This document shows, piece after piece, positions 53,235 through 61,906 of a DNA stretch of 61,906 bases; position 1 is the first letter of the stretch; each line of letters opens with the position of its first letter. A program made the translations under genes and the position numbers. Under the pieces are notes generated by a model, which was given only the letters and a program-made list of their open reading frames with translations, ran no database searches and was not told the origin of the DNA. The DNA is from Eubacteriales bacterium. GTDB lineage: Bacteria; Bacillota; Clostridia; Oscillospirales; CAG-272. The stretch is from assembly GCA_045532575.1 (NCBI GenBank), contig JAZSGE010000077.1, forward strand, positions 1-61,906, read 5' to 3'.

Positions 53235-53818
53235 AGGGGAGCGCCTGCCTTCTCGCCCCCCGTGGGGATGCCTTTGCGCGGACGCTCGCGCTTGAGCTCG
53301 CCTCCCTTTTCGATACGGTGACGGTGACCGACCGCCGGGAGGAGGTCCCTCCCTGCCGTCTGCTCCTGATCGACCTTGACCTGCCGTCGCTGTCGCCGAT
53401 GGCGACCGAGGGGCTGGCCGAGCGCCGCCTCGGGTATACCCGTCGCCCCCTCGCCCCTCTCCCCTTCCCTGTCCTCCTTCGCCCCTGCCCGATGACCGAG
53501 TGGCGGCGCGCCGTCCTCGCCGAGGACACGGCGGCGACCGTCTTGTATGCCAACGGGCGGCTCACGCTTCCCGACGGCGGCACCGTTCTCCTGACCGAGC
53601 GCGAGGCTGCCCTCTTCTCGCTCCTTTACGAGGCGGGCGGCGCGCCCGTCGCGCGTGATGCGCTGGCCTCGGCCGTCTTCCCGGGGGCCGCCGAGCCCGA
53701 GGGGAGCCTTACCGTCTACATTCACTATCTCCGGAAAAAATTAGAAAGGAACGGCAAAAAGGTCATCCTTGCCCACCGCGGGGGCGGCTATTCTTTGCGG
53801 ATGGAGTCGCTATGCTGA
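53231..53818 (+). CDS. OmpR/PhoB-type winged-helix protein with short atypical receiver-like N-terminus
   Basis: ATGA overlap with nnr. C-terminus LTEREAALFSLL ... LTVYIHYLRKKLE ... RGGGYSL. Confidence 0.7.
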   Translation: MKGSACLLAPRGDAFARTLALELASLFDTVTVTDRREEVPPCRLLLIDLDLPSLSPMATEGLAERRLGYTRRPLAPLPFPVLLRPCPMTEWRRAVLAEDTAATVLYANGRLTLPDGGTVLLTEREAALFSLLYEAGGAPVARDALASAVFPGAAEPEGSLTVYIHYLRKKLERNGKKVILAHRGGGYSLRMESLC

Positions 53819-56800
53819 CACTCGTCTTTGGTGCCCCCGGGACCGGGAAGACCACGCTCCTTTGGGAGCGCATTGCCGAGGACCTCGCACAGGGGCGCCC
53901 GGCCTTCCTCATCGTGCCCGAGCACACCACCGTCAGCGTGGAGGCCACGGCCGCGCGCCGTCTCCCTCCCTCGGCGCCCCTCCTCTTTGAGGTGACAAAC
54001 TTCACCCGTCTTTGCGATACCTATTTCCGCCGCTTTGGCGGTGTCAGCGAGCGGGCAGCCGATGATGAAACCGCGCTCCTCGTTCTGCGCGATACCGTCG
54101 CCTCGCTCTCCCCCCTGCTCCACGACCGCCGCCGTGTGGATACCGCGCGCATCCTCGAGGTACGCCTGGCCCTTCGCGAGCTTTCGGCCGCCGGCGTGAC
54201 CCCCGACCTCCTGAAGGAGGCCGCCGAGGGCATCACCGAGGACACGGCCCTCTCCCGGCGCCTTGACGACCTCGCCCTGATCCTTGCGGCCTTTGAGGGG
54301 GCACTCGCCGCCCACGGCAGTCGCCCGGCCGGCAGTGAGCTTGTGCGCCTTGCCGAGATCCTGCGTAAGACGCCCCCCTCGGCCGAGACCTCCTTCTACC
54401 TTGACGGCTTCACGAGCTTCACCGCCGTCCAGCTCGGTGTCCTCGCGACCATCCTTGGGAAGGCCCCCGTGACGGTGACCCTCCCGATGCCCGAGCGCAA
54501 CACAGCCGACTGCCTTGCCTACGCCGAGATCGAGCGCACCCTGCGCGATCTGCGCCGCCTCGCCTCGGAAAGAGGAGTGACGGTCGAGACCGTCTCACTG
54601 ACCGACAACCGGCGCACGCACGCGCCCGTCCTCAACGAGATCGGCGCACGCCTCTTTACACCGCGCCCGGCACCCCTGCCTCCGCCGTCGGAGGAGGAGC
54701 AAGAGGCGCTTCGCTTCTTTGAATGCCGTACCCCCTTCTCCGAGGCCGAGCTCGTTGCCGCCGATATTGCACGGCGCATCCGCCTTGGTGCCTCCTATCG
54801 CGATTTTGCCATCGTGGCGCGGTCGGCCGAGAGCTATCGGGGCATCCTCGATGCGGCGCTCGAGCGGCATGGCATCCCCGCCTTCTTCTCTCTCCCCACC
54901 GACCTTTCGGCCTTTGAGATCACAAAGCTCATCAAGACCGCCTATGCCGTCGTGACGGGGGGCGGTCGGCGCGAGGATGTGATCACCTACGCCAAATGCG
55001 GCCTTGCCGGCATCCCGGATGACGACTGCGATCGCCTTGAGCTTTACGCCGAGCGCTGGGAGCTTTCGGGGCGGCGCCTCCTGTACGCTCCCTATAAGCT
55101 GCCGCCGGGCGGATACGCCACCCCTCGCACCGAGGCCGAGCGTGCCGCCGCCGCGTGCGAGCTCGCAGCGCTGGAGGACACGCGCCGCCGCCTGGTGGCT
55201 CCCCTCGAGGCCCTCAAGGGGTTTTGTAAAGGTGAGTTTACAATCAAAGAGCATTGCGCCGCCCTCTATGACTTTCTTTCGCGTCTTGACGTTGACCGTC
55301 TCCTCTTCCTGAAGGCGCACCGCTTTGCCGCGGCCGGGGATGCCGCGCGCGCGGATATCTACTCGCGCCTCTTCCGCGAGGTCACCGAGACCCTCGATCG
55401 CCTCGTGGAGCTGATCCCCGAAAGCCGCCTTACGGCCGAGGACTTTTCCGAGCTTCTCACCCTGCTCTTTTCCTCGCGCTCGCTCGGGTCGATCCCCCCG
55501 CGGGGGGACGCCGTCACCGTCGGCTCAGCCGACCTCCTCCGCCCGAACGAGCCGCGCCACATCTATCTCATCGGCGTGAATGCCGATAGCTTCCCGCGGA
55601 CGAAGGAGGCGGTCGGCATCTTTTCGGCCGCCGAGATCCTGCTCCTTGGTGAGCATGGCATCGTCCTTGACGGTGACGAGGTCGTGCGCATCTCGCGCGA
55701 ATGGTTCTGCTTTTTGCGCGCCTTCCTCTCCTCAAGCGAGACCGTGACCCTCACCTATACCCTGGCGGATGCCGCGTATGCCCCCGCCGGGCGGAGCGAG
55801 GTGCTGGACCGCATCCTCGCCATGACGGGGGAGCGCTTCCCGATCCGCCGCGAGGAGGAGCTCCCGCCGTTTGACCTCATCTTTTCCCGCGAGGCCGCGC
55901 TGACCGCACTCGGCAAGCCCCTCTCGCCGAAGGAGCGCGCCTCTCTCCTTGCGGCGCTCGCCACCGACAAGACGCTCAAGGAGCGCCTCGCCTTGGCACA
56001 CGCCCCCCTGGTCGATCCGCACGCACGCTGCTCGCCGGCGGCGATGCAGCGCCTCCTCGGTAATACCGTCTCGCTGACGCAGAGCCGCATTGATGCCTAC
56101 GTCAGCTGTCCCTTCTCCTACTTCTGCCGGCATATGCTCTCCCTCGGGGAGGATCGGCGCGCCACCCTCGGCAGTGCCGACATCGGCAATTACGTGCACG
56201 CCCTGATGGAGCAGCTCTTCACCGAGGGGATGCCCGAGGATGACGAGGCGATCGCCGCGCGCGTGGCGGCGCTCACCGAGGCCTATCTTGCCACCCTCTT
56301 TCCCCGGGGCGCCGAGATCCCGGCGCGCGTGCGCCATCGCTTTTTGCGGCTCTCGCGCCTTGTGGTGCGCCTCGCCACCGAGCTTGCCGAGGAGCTGAAA
56401 ACGACCGAGTTTTCTCCCCTCTTCTTTGAATACGAGCCCTCGGCGACCGACGAGGACAAGGCCGCGCCCCCCGTCTTCACGCTCGAGGACGGCACGCGCG
56501 TTGTGCTGTACGGCAAGATCGACCGCGTGGACATCTACCGTAAGGACGGCAATGTCTACCTGCGCGTGCTCGACTATAAGACGGGCAAAAAGCTCTTCTC
56601 ACTCGAGAACGTGGCACGCGGCCGCGACCTTCAGCTCCTCCTCTACCTCTTTGCCCTCTGGAAGTGCGACAAGCCGCGCTTCCTCGAGAGCCTCGGGGTG
56701 GGCGAGGGCAAGGAGGTGCTCCCGGCAGGAGCGCTCTATCTCAATCTGTCGCTTGCCACCCCCTCGGTCTTCCCCACCGACAGTAAGGACAAGGAGCGCT

Positions 56801-57123
56801 GCGCGCGCAGCGGCCTGCTCCTTTCGGACGAGGACAGCCTGCACGCGATGGACCCCCACCGCGAGGGGCGCTTCATCCCCATCAAATACAATAAGGACGG
56901 CTCGGTCTCCAAGCTCTCGCTCAAGAACCTTCAGACGCTCGAGGAGCTTGGCGAGGTCATGGGCCTTGTGAGCGATGCCGTCAAAACGACGGCCAAACGC
57001 CTGATTGACGGTGTCGCCGATGCGACCCCTCTCCTTCTCGGCAACGGCCACGTCGCCTGCAGCAATTGCGCCTATTATCCCGTATGCCGCAACGTGGGCG
57101 GCGGGCGTGCTGCCGAGGGCTGA
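53812..57123 (+). CDS. addB: helicase-nuclease complex subunit AddB/RexB
   Basis: Overlaps the upstream gene. N-terminal GAPGTGKT. C-terminal PD-(D/E)xK nuclease with Fe-S cysteines CPFSYFC ... CSNCAYYPVC. Confidence 0.85.
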   Translation: MLTLVFGAPGTGKTTLLWERIAEDLAQGRPAFLIVPEHTTVSVEATAARRLPPSAPLLFEVTNFTRLCDTYFRRFGGVSERAADDETALLVLRDTVASLSPLLHDRRRVDTARILEVRLALRELSAAGVTPDLLKEAAEGITEDTALSRRLDDLALILAAFEGALAAHGSRPAGSELVRLAEILRKTPPSAETSFYLDGFTSFTAVQLGVLATILGKAPVTVTLPMPERNTADCLAYAEIERTLRDLRRLASERGVTVETVSLTDNRRTHAPVLNEIGARLFTPRPAPLPPPSEEEQEALRFFECRTPFSEAELVAADIARRIRLGASYRDFAIVARSAESYRGILDAALERHGIPAFFSLPTDLSAFEITKLIKTAYAVVTGGGRREDVITYAKCGLAGIPDDDCDRLELYAERWELSGRRLLYAPYKLPPGGYATPRTEAERAAAACELAALEDTRRRLVAPLEALKGFCKGEFTIKEHCAALYDFLSRLDVDRLLFLKAHRFAAAGDAARADIYSRLFREVTETLDRLVELIPESRLTAEDFSELLTLLFSSRSLGSIPPRGDAVTVGSADLLRPNEPRHIYLIGVNADSFPRTKEAVGIFSAAEILLLGEHGIVLDGDEVVRISREWFCFLRAFLSSSETVTLTYTLADAAYAPAGRSEVLDRILAMTGERFPIRREEELPPFDLIFSREAALTALGKPLSPKERASLLAALATDKTLKERLALAHAPLVDPHARCSPAAMQRLLGNTVSLTQSRIDAYVSCPFSYFCRHMLSLGEDRRATLGSADIGNYVHALMEQLFTEGMPEDDEAIAARVAALTEAYLATLFPRGAEIPARVRHRFLRLSRLVVRLATELAEELKTTEFSPLFFEYEPSATDEDKAAPPVFTLEDGTRVVLYGKIDRVDIYRKDGNVYLRVLDYKTGKKLFSLENVARGRDLQLLLYLFALWKCDKPRFLESLGVGEGKEVLPAGALYLNLSLATPSVFPTDSKDKERCARSGLLLSDEDSLHAMDPHREGRFIPIKYNKDGSVSKLSLKNLQTLEELGEVMGLVSDAVKTTAKRLIDGVADATPLLLGNGHVACSNCAYYPVCRNVGGGRAAEG

Positions 57124-57177
57124 TGCCCTCACTCCCCTTCTTTCTTTCGTTATCATTATTATCTTTGGAGGTCTCTT

Positions 57178-58731
57178 ATGTCTGGCTTTTCCCCTTCCAT
57201 GGACGCCGCAGGATCCGGCTCCTCCGCCTTTGAGGTGGTCTCCTTGATCCCGACCATTCTCCTTGGCATGATCGCCGTCCTGACCGTCTTCGGTGCGCTC
57301 CTCGGTCTTATGCGAGGGCTCCGCAAATCGGTCATGCGCATCATCACCATTGCGGCGGCACTGATCCTCGCGCTCATCATCTCGGGCAGTCTTGCGCCGA
57401 TGATCTCGGAGTACGTGCTCCCCCTGATCGACGAGGAGGCGCTCGAGATCCTGGATGCCCTGCCCTCGATCGTCCCCTTTGTGCTGGGTCTTGTCCGTCC
57501 CTTCGCCTTTGCCGTCGTCTTCTTTGCGCTGACGGTGGTGCTGTGGTTCGTCTACCTCTTCCTCTCGATCGTCCTGTCGCCGAAGGCCACGACCGATAAG
57601 GACGGCAAGAAGGTAAAGCCGAAAAAGCGCCGTCTCTTCGGCCTGCTTGTCGGTGCCGCTCAGGGCTTTTTGGTCGCGGCGGTGCTCCTCTCTCCCCTGC
57701 TCGGCTACTTCTCGCTGGCGACCGACATGGTCGGCAATGTCGTGGCGGATGCCGATCCCGAGGATCCGATCCTCGAGGAGATCGCCCCCGTCTATGAGGA
57801 GGCCCTGCTCCCGATCCGCGAGAGCTTCCCCGTCAGCACCGTGACCGCCGTCACAAAGCCCCTCTTCGGCGCTGTCTCCTCCTTCCGCCTGAACGGCGAC
57901 AAGGTGAACCTTGGCGAGGAGCTCAGCATCTTCTATTCGGCCATTGAGCGCGTGCAGTCGCTCTCGGACAGCGAGGGCTTTGGCGAGGCGGAGCTGACCT
58001 CGATCCGTGAGGTCATCACCCTGCTTGAGGAGTCCGCCCTCTTTACGAACTTCCTTTCCGAGGCGGTCGCCGGCATGGGCGAGGCCTGGCAGGAGGGTGA
58101 GGACTTCCTTTCGATCGGGAAGCCGAGCGTTGACGAGAAGATCGATCCTCTCTTTGACGGTCTTGCCACCATCTTTGCCACCACCACGACCGACACGCTG
58201 GCCGGTGATATTGATTCCTTCCTCGATATCCTTGAGCTTGTCATTGATTACGGTCTGACCGAGACCTCGGGCGACGAGGGGGATGACTTCGTCACCAAGA
58301 TGACGACCCCGAAGCCCGAGAACGGGAACAAGACCTTTGTGACCGCCGCCCTCGACGTTCTCGATGCCAATCCCCGCATGGCGCCCCTGCGCTCGGGCAT
58401 TACGGCGATCGGTATGAGCGTGGTCGGCGAGCAGCTTGACCTCGGCACGCCCGAGGAGATCCGCGAGAACTACGGAGAGCTTGCCTCCGAGGCCGTTGAG
58501 GTCCTGCGCGATCTCCCCGGCGACACGAACGAGGAAAAGATCGAGGCCCTGAAGACCCCCATCCAGGAGGAGCTGGCCCGTCAGGAGATCGAGGTCCCTG
58601 CCGAGATCGTTGAGGAGGCCTCGCGCTTCTTCCTTGACGAGCTTGATAAGAAGGACATCGCCCTTGAGGACGTGACCGAGGAGGATATCTTCGCGATCCT
58701 CGAGTCGCTCTCGTCGGGCGGCAACAACTAA
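57178..58731 (+). CDS. CvpA-like membrane protein with long acidic C-terminal domain
   Basis: GGAGG RBS. Four or more TM helices with an LMRGLRKS loop, as in CvpA (by recall). Followed by about 300 aa rich in Asp/Glu. Confidence 0.5.
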   Translation: MSGFSPSMDAAGSGSSAFEVVSLIPTILLGMIAVLTVFGALLGLMRGLRKSVMRIITIAAALILALIISGSLAPMISEYVLPLIDEEALEILDALPSIVPFVLGLVRPFAFAVVFFALTVVLWFVYLFLSIVLSPKATTDKDGKKVKPKKRRLFGLLVGAAQGFLVAAVLLSPLLGYFSLATDMVGNVVADADPEDPILEEIAPVYEEALLPIRESFPVSTVTAVTKPLFGAVSSFRLNGDKVNLGEELSIFYSAIERVQSLSDSEGFGEAELTSIREVITLLEESALFTNFLSEAVAGMGEAWQEGEDFLSIGKPSVDEKIDPLFDGLATIFATTTTDTLAGDIDSFLDILELVIDYGLTETSGDEGDDFVTKMTTPKPENGNKTFVTAALDVLDANPRMAPLRSGITAIGMSVVGEQLDLGTPEEIRENYGELASEAVEVLRDLPGDTNEEKIEALKTPIQEELARQEIEVPAEIVEEASRFFLDELDKKDIALEDVTEEDIFAILESLSSGGNN

Positions 58732-58780
58732 CCCCCCGGGGGCGGCTATCGGCCGCCCCCGCTCGCTTGAAAGGATCTCT

Positions 58781-61006
58781 ATGAAAACCGAATTTACTGT
58801 CACCGGCATGGCCTGCGCCGCCTGTGCGCGGCACGTGGAGGGCGCGGTACGCGACCTCCCCTTTGTCAGCGAGGTGCGCGTGAGCCTGATCACCGGCATC
58901 CTCTCGGTCACCCACAGCGGCGACCCCCTGGCGATCGCCGAGGCGGTGCGTGGGGCGGGCTACGGCGCCGAGGTGCGCGAGAGCGGGGCGGCCGCCGTCC
59001 CGATCGCCGCGACCATCACAAAGCGCGACATGGCCCGTCTTGCGTGTCTCCTTGTCCTGACGGTCGCCCTCTTCCTTCTGGCCATGGGACCGATGCTCGG
59101 CATCCCCCGTCCCTCTCCCCTTGACCCTGCCAAGGGCGGCGGACGCTGGCTTCTCCTTACCGAGTGCCTGCTCGCCCTGCCCACGCTCTGGCTCGGGCGC
59201 CGCTACTTCATTCGGGGGGTGGCCTCGCTCCTGCACCGCGCACCGACGATGGATACCCTCGTCTCGCTCGGGGCAGGGGTAGGCTTCCTGCACGGCGTTG
59301 TCCTGACCGTCCTCGCCTTCCTCTCCCCCGACAAAGCTCCCGACTACGCCTCGGCCGTCAATCTTGAGGCGTGCGCCATGATCCTCTTCTTTGTGACGAT
59401 CGGCAAGACCCTCGAGGGGCGCGCCAAGGACAAAACGGCCGAGGCGCTGCGTGCCCTTTCGGCATTGGCCCCCAAGGCGGCTACCGTCCTCCGTGACGGC
59501 CGCGAGGTGGCGGTCGAGGCCGCCGCGCTGTGCCGTGGCGATCTTGTCGTGTTGCGGACGGGCGAGGCCGCCCCGGCCGACGGGCGTGTGGTCGAGGGCT
59601 TCGGCTCAATGAATGAGGCTATGCTGACCGGCGAGAGCCTGCCCGTCGATAAGCGGTGCGGCGACCCCGTGAAGGCCGGATGCCTGCTGTCCGACGGGCG
59701 CATCGTCTTCCATGTCGAGGCGGCCGGCGAGGACACGGCGCTTTCCGACATGATCCGCACAGTGAGTGCGGCGGCCTCCTCCCAGGCGCCCATTGCGCGC
59801 CTTGCCGACCGTGTCAGCGCGGTGTTCGTCCCGGCGGTCACGGCCATAGCGGCGCTGACTCTTTTGCTCCTCTCCCTGATCACGGGAGATATCACGCGCG
59901 GGCTCTCGCACGCCATCAGCGTCCTTGTGATCTCCTGCCCCTGCGCCCTGGGTCTTGCGACCCCGACTGCCATCATGGCCTCAACGGGCCGCGCGGCGCA
60001 GGACGGCATCCTCGTCAAGAGCGCCGAGGCCCTTGAGATGCTGGGGCGGATCGATGCTGTCGCCTTCGATAAGACCGGCACCGTCACGACCGGCATCATG
60101 CAGGTGGTGGCGCTCTGCCCGAGCGAGGGTGTCACCGAGGCCGAGCTCCTCGGGGTCGCCGCGGCCCTTGAGGCCTCCTCCACCCATCCCCTGGCCGAGG
60201 CTATCCGCCGTCGCGCCGAGGAGGAGGGGATCGCCCCCCCGGCGGCCGACGGCTTTATCACGGTCGAGGGGCGCGGGATCGCCGCCGACATCGGCGATGA
60301 CCGTTGCTTTGCGGGCAACGCCGCCCTCCTTGCCGAGGACGTCGGGATCGATCTTTCACCGCTTGCCGAGGCCTCCGAGCGCCTGCTTGGCGAGGGATGC
60401 AGCCTCGTCTACCTCGGGCGCGAGGAAGCGCTGCTCGGGGTGATCGGCATTGCCGACAGCGCACGCGAGAGCGCGCGCCCGACCGTCGAGGGGCTGGCGG
60501 CACTCGGCATCCATACGGTAATGCTGACGGGCGACAATCCGCGCGCCGCCGCCAAGATCGCCGCCACGGTGGGGATCGAAGACGTGCGCGCAGGACTCCT
60601 GCCCGAGGGAAAGGCAGAGGCGGTCGCCGCCCTGCGCGAGGAAGGACATCGCGTTGCCATGGTGGGCGACGGGATCAACGATGCCCTCCCCCTTGTCAGC
60701 GCCGACCTTGGGATCGCCATCGGGGCAGGGGCGGATGCCGCCATTGCCTCGGCCGACCTTGTGCTCCGCCGCAGTGACCCCACCGACGTCCTGGCGGCCC
60801 TCCGCATCGGGCGGCGCACCCTGCGCATCATCAAGCAGAACCTCTTCTTCGCGCTCGTCTACAACTCGATCTGCATTCCGGTCGCCGCCGGGGCGCTCTT
60901 GCCGCTCGGCATTGCCCTGACACCGGGCATCTCGGCCGCCGCCATGTCGCTCTCCTCTCTCTTTGTGGTCAGCAACTCGCTGCGGCTCCTGCGCTCCAAA
61001 AGGTAA
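58781..61006 (+). CDS. copA: copper-translocating P1B-type ATPase
   Basis: HMA domain GMACAAC, TM CPC motif, DKTGT, GDGINDA. Confidence 0.9.
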   Translation: MKTEFTVTGMACAACARHVEGAVRDLPFVSEVRVSLITGILSVTHSGDPLAIAEAVRGAGYGAEVRESGAAAVPIAATITKRDMARLACLLVLTVALFLLAMGPMLGIPRPSPLDPAKGGGRWLLLTECLLALPTLWLGRRYFIRGVASLLHRAPTMDTLVSLGAGVGFLHGVVLTVLAFLSPDKAPDYASAVNLEACAMILFFVTIGKTLEGRAKDKTAEALRALSALAPKAATVLRDGREVAVEAAALCRGDLVVLRTGEAAPADGRVVEGFGSMNEAMLTGESLPVDKRCGDPVKAGCLLSDGRIVFHVEAAGEDTALSDMIRTVSAAASSQAPIARLADRVSAVFVPAVTAIAALTLLLLSLITGDITRGLSHAISVLVISCPCALGLATPTAIMASTGRAAQDGILVKSAEALEMLGRIDAVAFDKTGTVTTGIMQVVALCPSEGVTEAELLGVAAALEASSTHPLAEAIRRRAEEEGIAPPAADGFITVEGRGIAADIGDDRCFAGNAALLAEDVGIDLSPLAEASERLLGEGCSLVYLGREEALLGVIGIADSARESARPTVEGLAALGIHTVMLTGDNPRAAAKIAATVGIEDVRAGLLPEGKAEAVAALREEGHRVAMVGDGINDALPLVSADLGIAIGAGADAAIASADLVLRRSDPTDVLAALRIGRRTLRIIKQNLFFALVYNSICIPVAAGALLPLGIALTPGISAAAMSLSSLFVVSNSLRLLRSKR

Positions 61007-61025
61007 GGTTTTGTTTTCATAGCTT

Positions 61026-61054
61026 AAAAAATGGTGCCAACGGCACCATTTTTA
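61026..61054 (+). terminator. intrinsic terminator
   Basis: ATGGTGCC-AAC-GGCACCAT followed by TTTT. Confidence 0.7.
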
Positions 61055-61120
61055 TCCTCAGGGCCGTGGAGCTGTGGGCGTCGCCTTCAGAAGGAACGCT
61101 CACCTCTCCTTGGCGCCCCC

Positions 61121-61149
61121 TTGACTTTTGCTGTCCTTTATGCTATAAT
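61121..61149 (+). promoter_or_regulatory. sigma-A promoter
   Basis: TTGACT at 61121-61126, 17-nt spacer, TATAAT at 61144-61149. Confidence 0.6.
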
Positions 61150-61184
61150 AATTGCGAGGAATTCTCAATAAGGAGGTTTCGATA

Positions 61185-61514
61185 ATGAAGCAATTTATTC
61201 TTTCGATCCTTGCTCTCCTTTTGTTTCTCGCGGCCTCGATCTTCTCTGCCATCCTGCTTTACGATGTCCTTACCCTGCCCGAGAATCCCGAGAACATGAG
61301 TGAGAGCATCGGGAAGGGGCTGTCGATCGCCGTCTCGGTCATCTTCTTTGCGATCGCCGCGATCGTGCAGGGGGTATCGGCGCTGCTGGCCTTCATCGGG
61401 CTGATCGTCAGCAAAAAGACCTGTGCTGACGGCGGCGTTGTCGCCCTCTACGCGGTGCAAACGGTCCTGCCGATCGTCTGTGCGGCCATTCCCTTTTTAC
61501 TGTTGCCGCTCTGA
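61185..61514 (+). CDS. small membrane protein
   Basis: AAGGAGG RBS. Three or four hydrophobic helices. Confidence 0.55.
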   Translation: MKQFILSILALLLFLAASIFSAILLYDVLTLPENPENMSESIGKGLSIAVSVIFFAIAAIVQGVSALLAFIGLIVSKKTCADGGVVALYAVQTVLPIVCAAIPFLLLPL

Positions 61515-61559
61515 TACAATGTGGGGATTGTCGCAGTAAGGCATACCCCCTAACAAAGA

Positions 61560-61595
61560 GGGGATATACTGTTTTTTGCAGTATATCCCCTTTTG
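61560..61595 (+). terminator. intrinsic terminator
   Basis: 12-bp stem GGGGATATACTG / CAGTATATCCCC followed by TTTT. Confidence 0.75.
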
Positions 61596-61749
61596 TCATC
61601 TTCGAGGCTTGTTTTCTGCCCTGACCGCGTGCGCCCCCCAAGGTCCTTTCCTTGATTCTATTGAATTCTTAATGAGACAGGACCTTGTATTCGCCGTTTT
61701 GCCCCTCGCCTCATACACTAATGGTAACGCTATTTCAAAGGAGGGCACG

Positions 61750-61906
61750 ATGAGACGAGAGGATCGAGCCGATACCGCGGCACGGGATGCCGCACGCACC
61801 GCAGGATGTGGCAGGGAGCGGAGTTGCCCCTGCTGTCGCGGACCGCAGGGGCCACAGGGGCCGCGAGGCTATCAGGGGCTACGCGGTGTTCCCGGGGCAC
61901 GGGGGG
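61750..61906 (+). CDS. collagen-like (G-X-Y repeat) protein, 5' part only; continues beyond the window
   Basis: AAAGGAGGG RBS at 61737-61745, ATG at 61750. Translation MRREDRADTAARDAARTAGCGRERSCPCCR, then GPQGPQGPRGYQGLRGVPGARG with no stop before the window end. Not in the ORF track. Confidence 0.6.
   Translation, partial: MRREDRADTAARDAARTAGCGRERSCPCCRGPQGPQGPRGYQGLRGVPGARG

Noticed and set aside
58738-58760. GC hairpin GGGGGCGGC-TATCG-GCCGCCCCC after the CvpA-like gene as a terminator
   Set aside because: No T-run follows, and copA starts 21 nt later with its own RBS. It is more likely a stabilising or incidental stem than a terminator.
56599-58911. 770-aa minus-strand ORF opposite addB, the CvpA-like gene and the copA start
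   Set aside because: It is an antisense artefact spanning three independently supported plus-strand genes and two intergenic regions.

Overview
The window is visibly GC-rich, with codon third positions mostly G/C. It looks like a chromosomal segment from a Clostridia-class Firmicute: near-consensus sigma-A promoters, AGGAGG-type ribosome-binding sites, rplJ-rplL, secG and rnr, addB, and a trimeric HydABC [FeFe]-hydrogenase. I call about 57 protein-coding genes, mostly housekeeping or metabolic, many in chains with overlapping stop/start codons. I recognise no rRNA, tRNA, CRISPR array, transposase, integrase or phage structural gene. I also see no convincing known defence system. Features that ordinary annotation does not explain: (1) a modular family of intergenic repeats at 1-600, 16963-17264 and 27561-28197, including a 122-nt tandem duplication with MITE-like ends; (2) a cluster at 883-9471 that opens with a large polytopic membrane domain fused in frame to an ABC ATPase and ends with a 1267-aa repeat lipoprotein; (3) a divergent pair of enzymes with degenerate catalytic motifs, an Eco57I/TaqI-like methyltransferase with HPPV instead of NPPY and an SbcD/YhaO paralogue lacking its metal-binding motifs; (4) an SPFH plus ribbon-helix-helix pair behind a promoter overlapped by two tandem TGATATCA palindromes; (5) a HydA H-cluster motif that reads TSCSP rather than TSCCP; (6) addB with no adjacent addA, translationally coupled to an atypical OmpR-type regulator; (7) a short hairpin motif recurring just after stop codons; (8) a collagen-like gene, absent from the ORF track, that starts at 61750 and runs off the window. 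A low-GC islet at about 16100-16960 sits between dut and rplL. The very long ORFs antisense to real genes are GC-bias artefacts. All family assignments come from motif recognition by eye, with no searches run.
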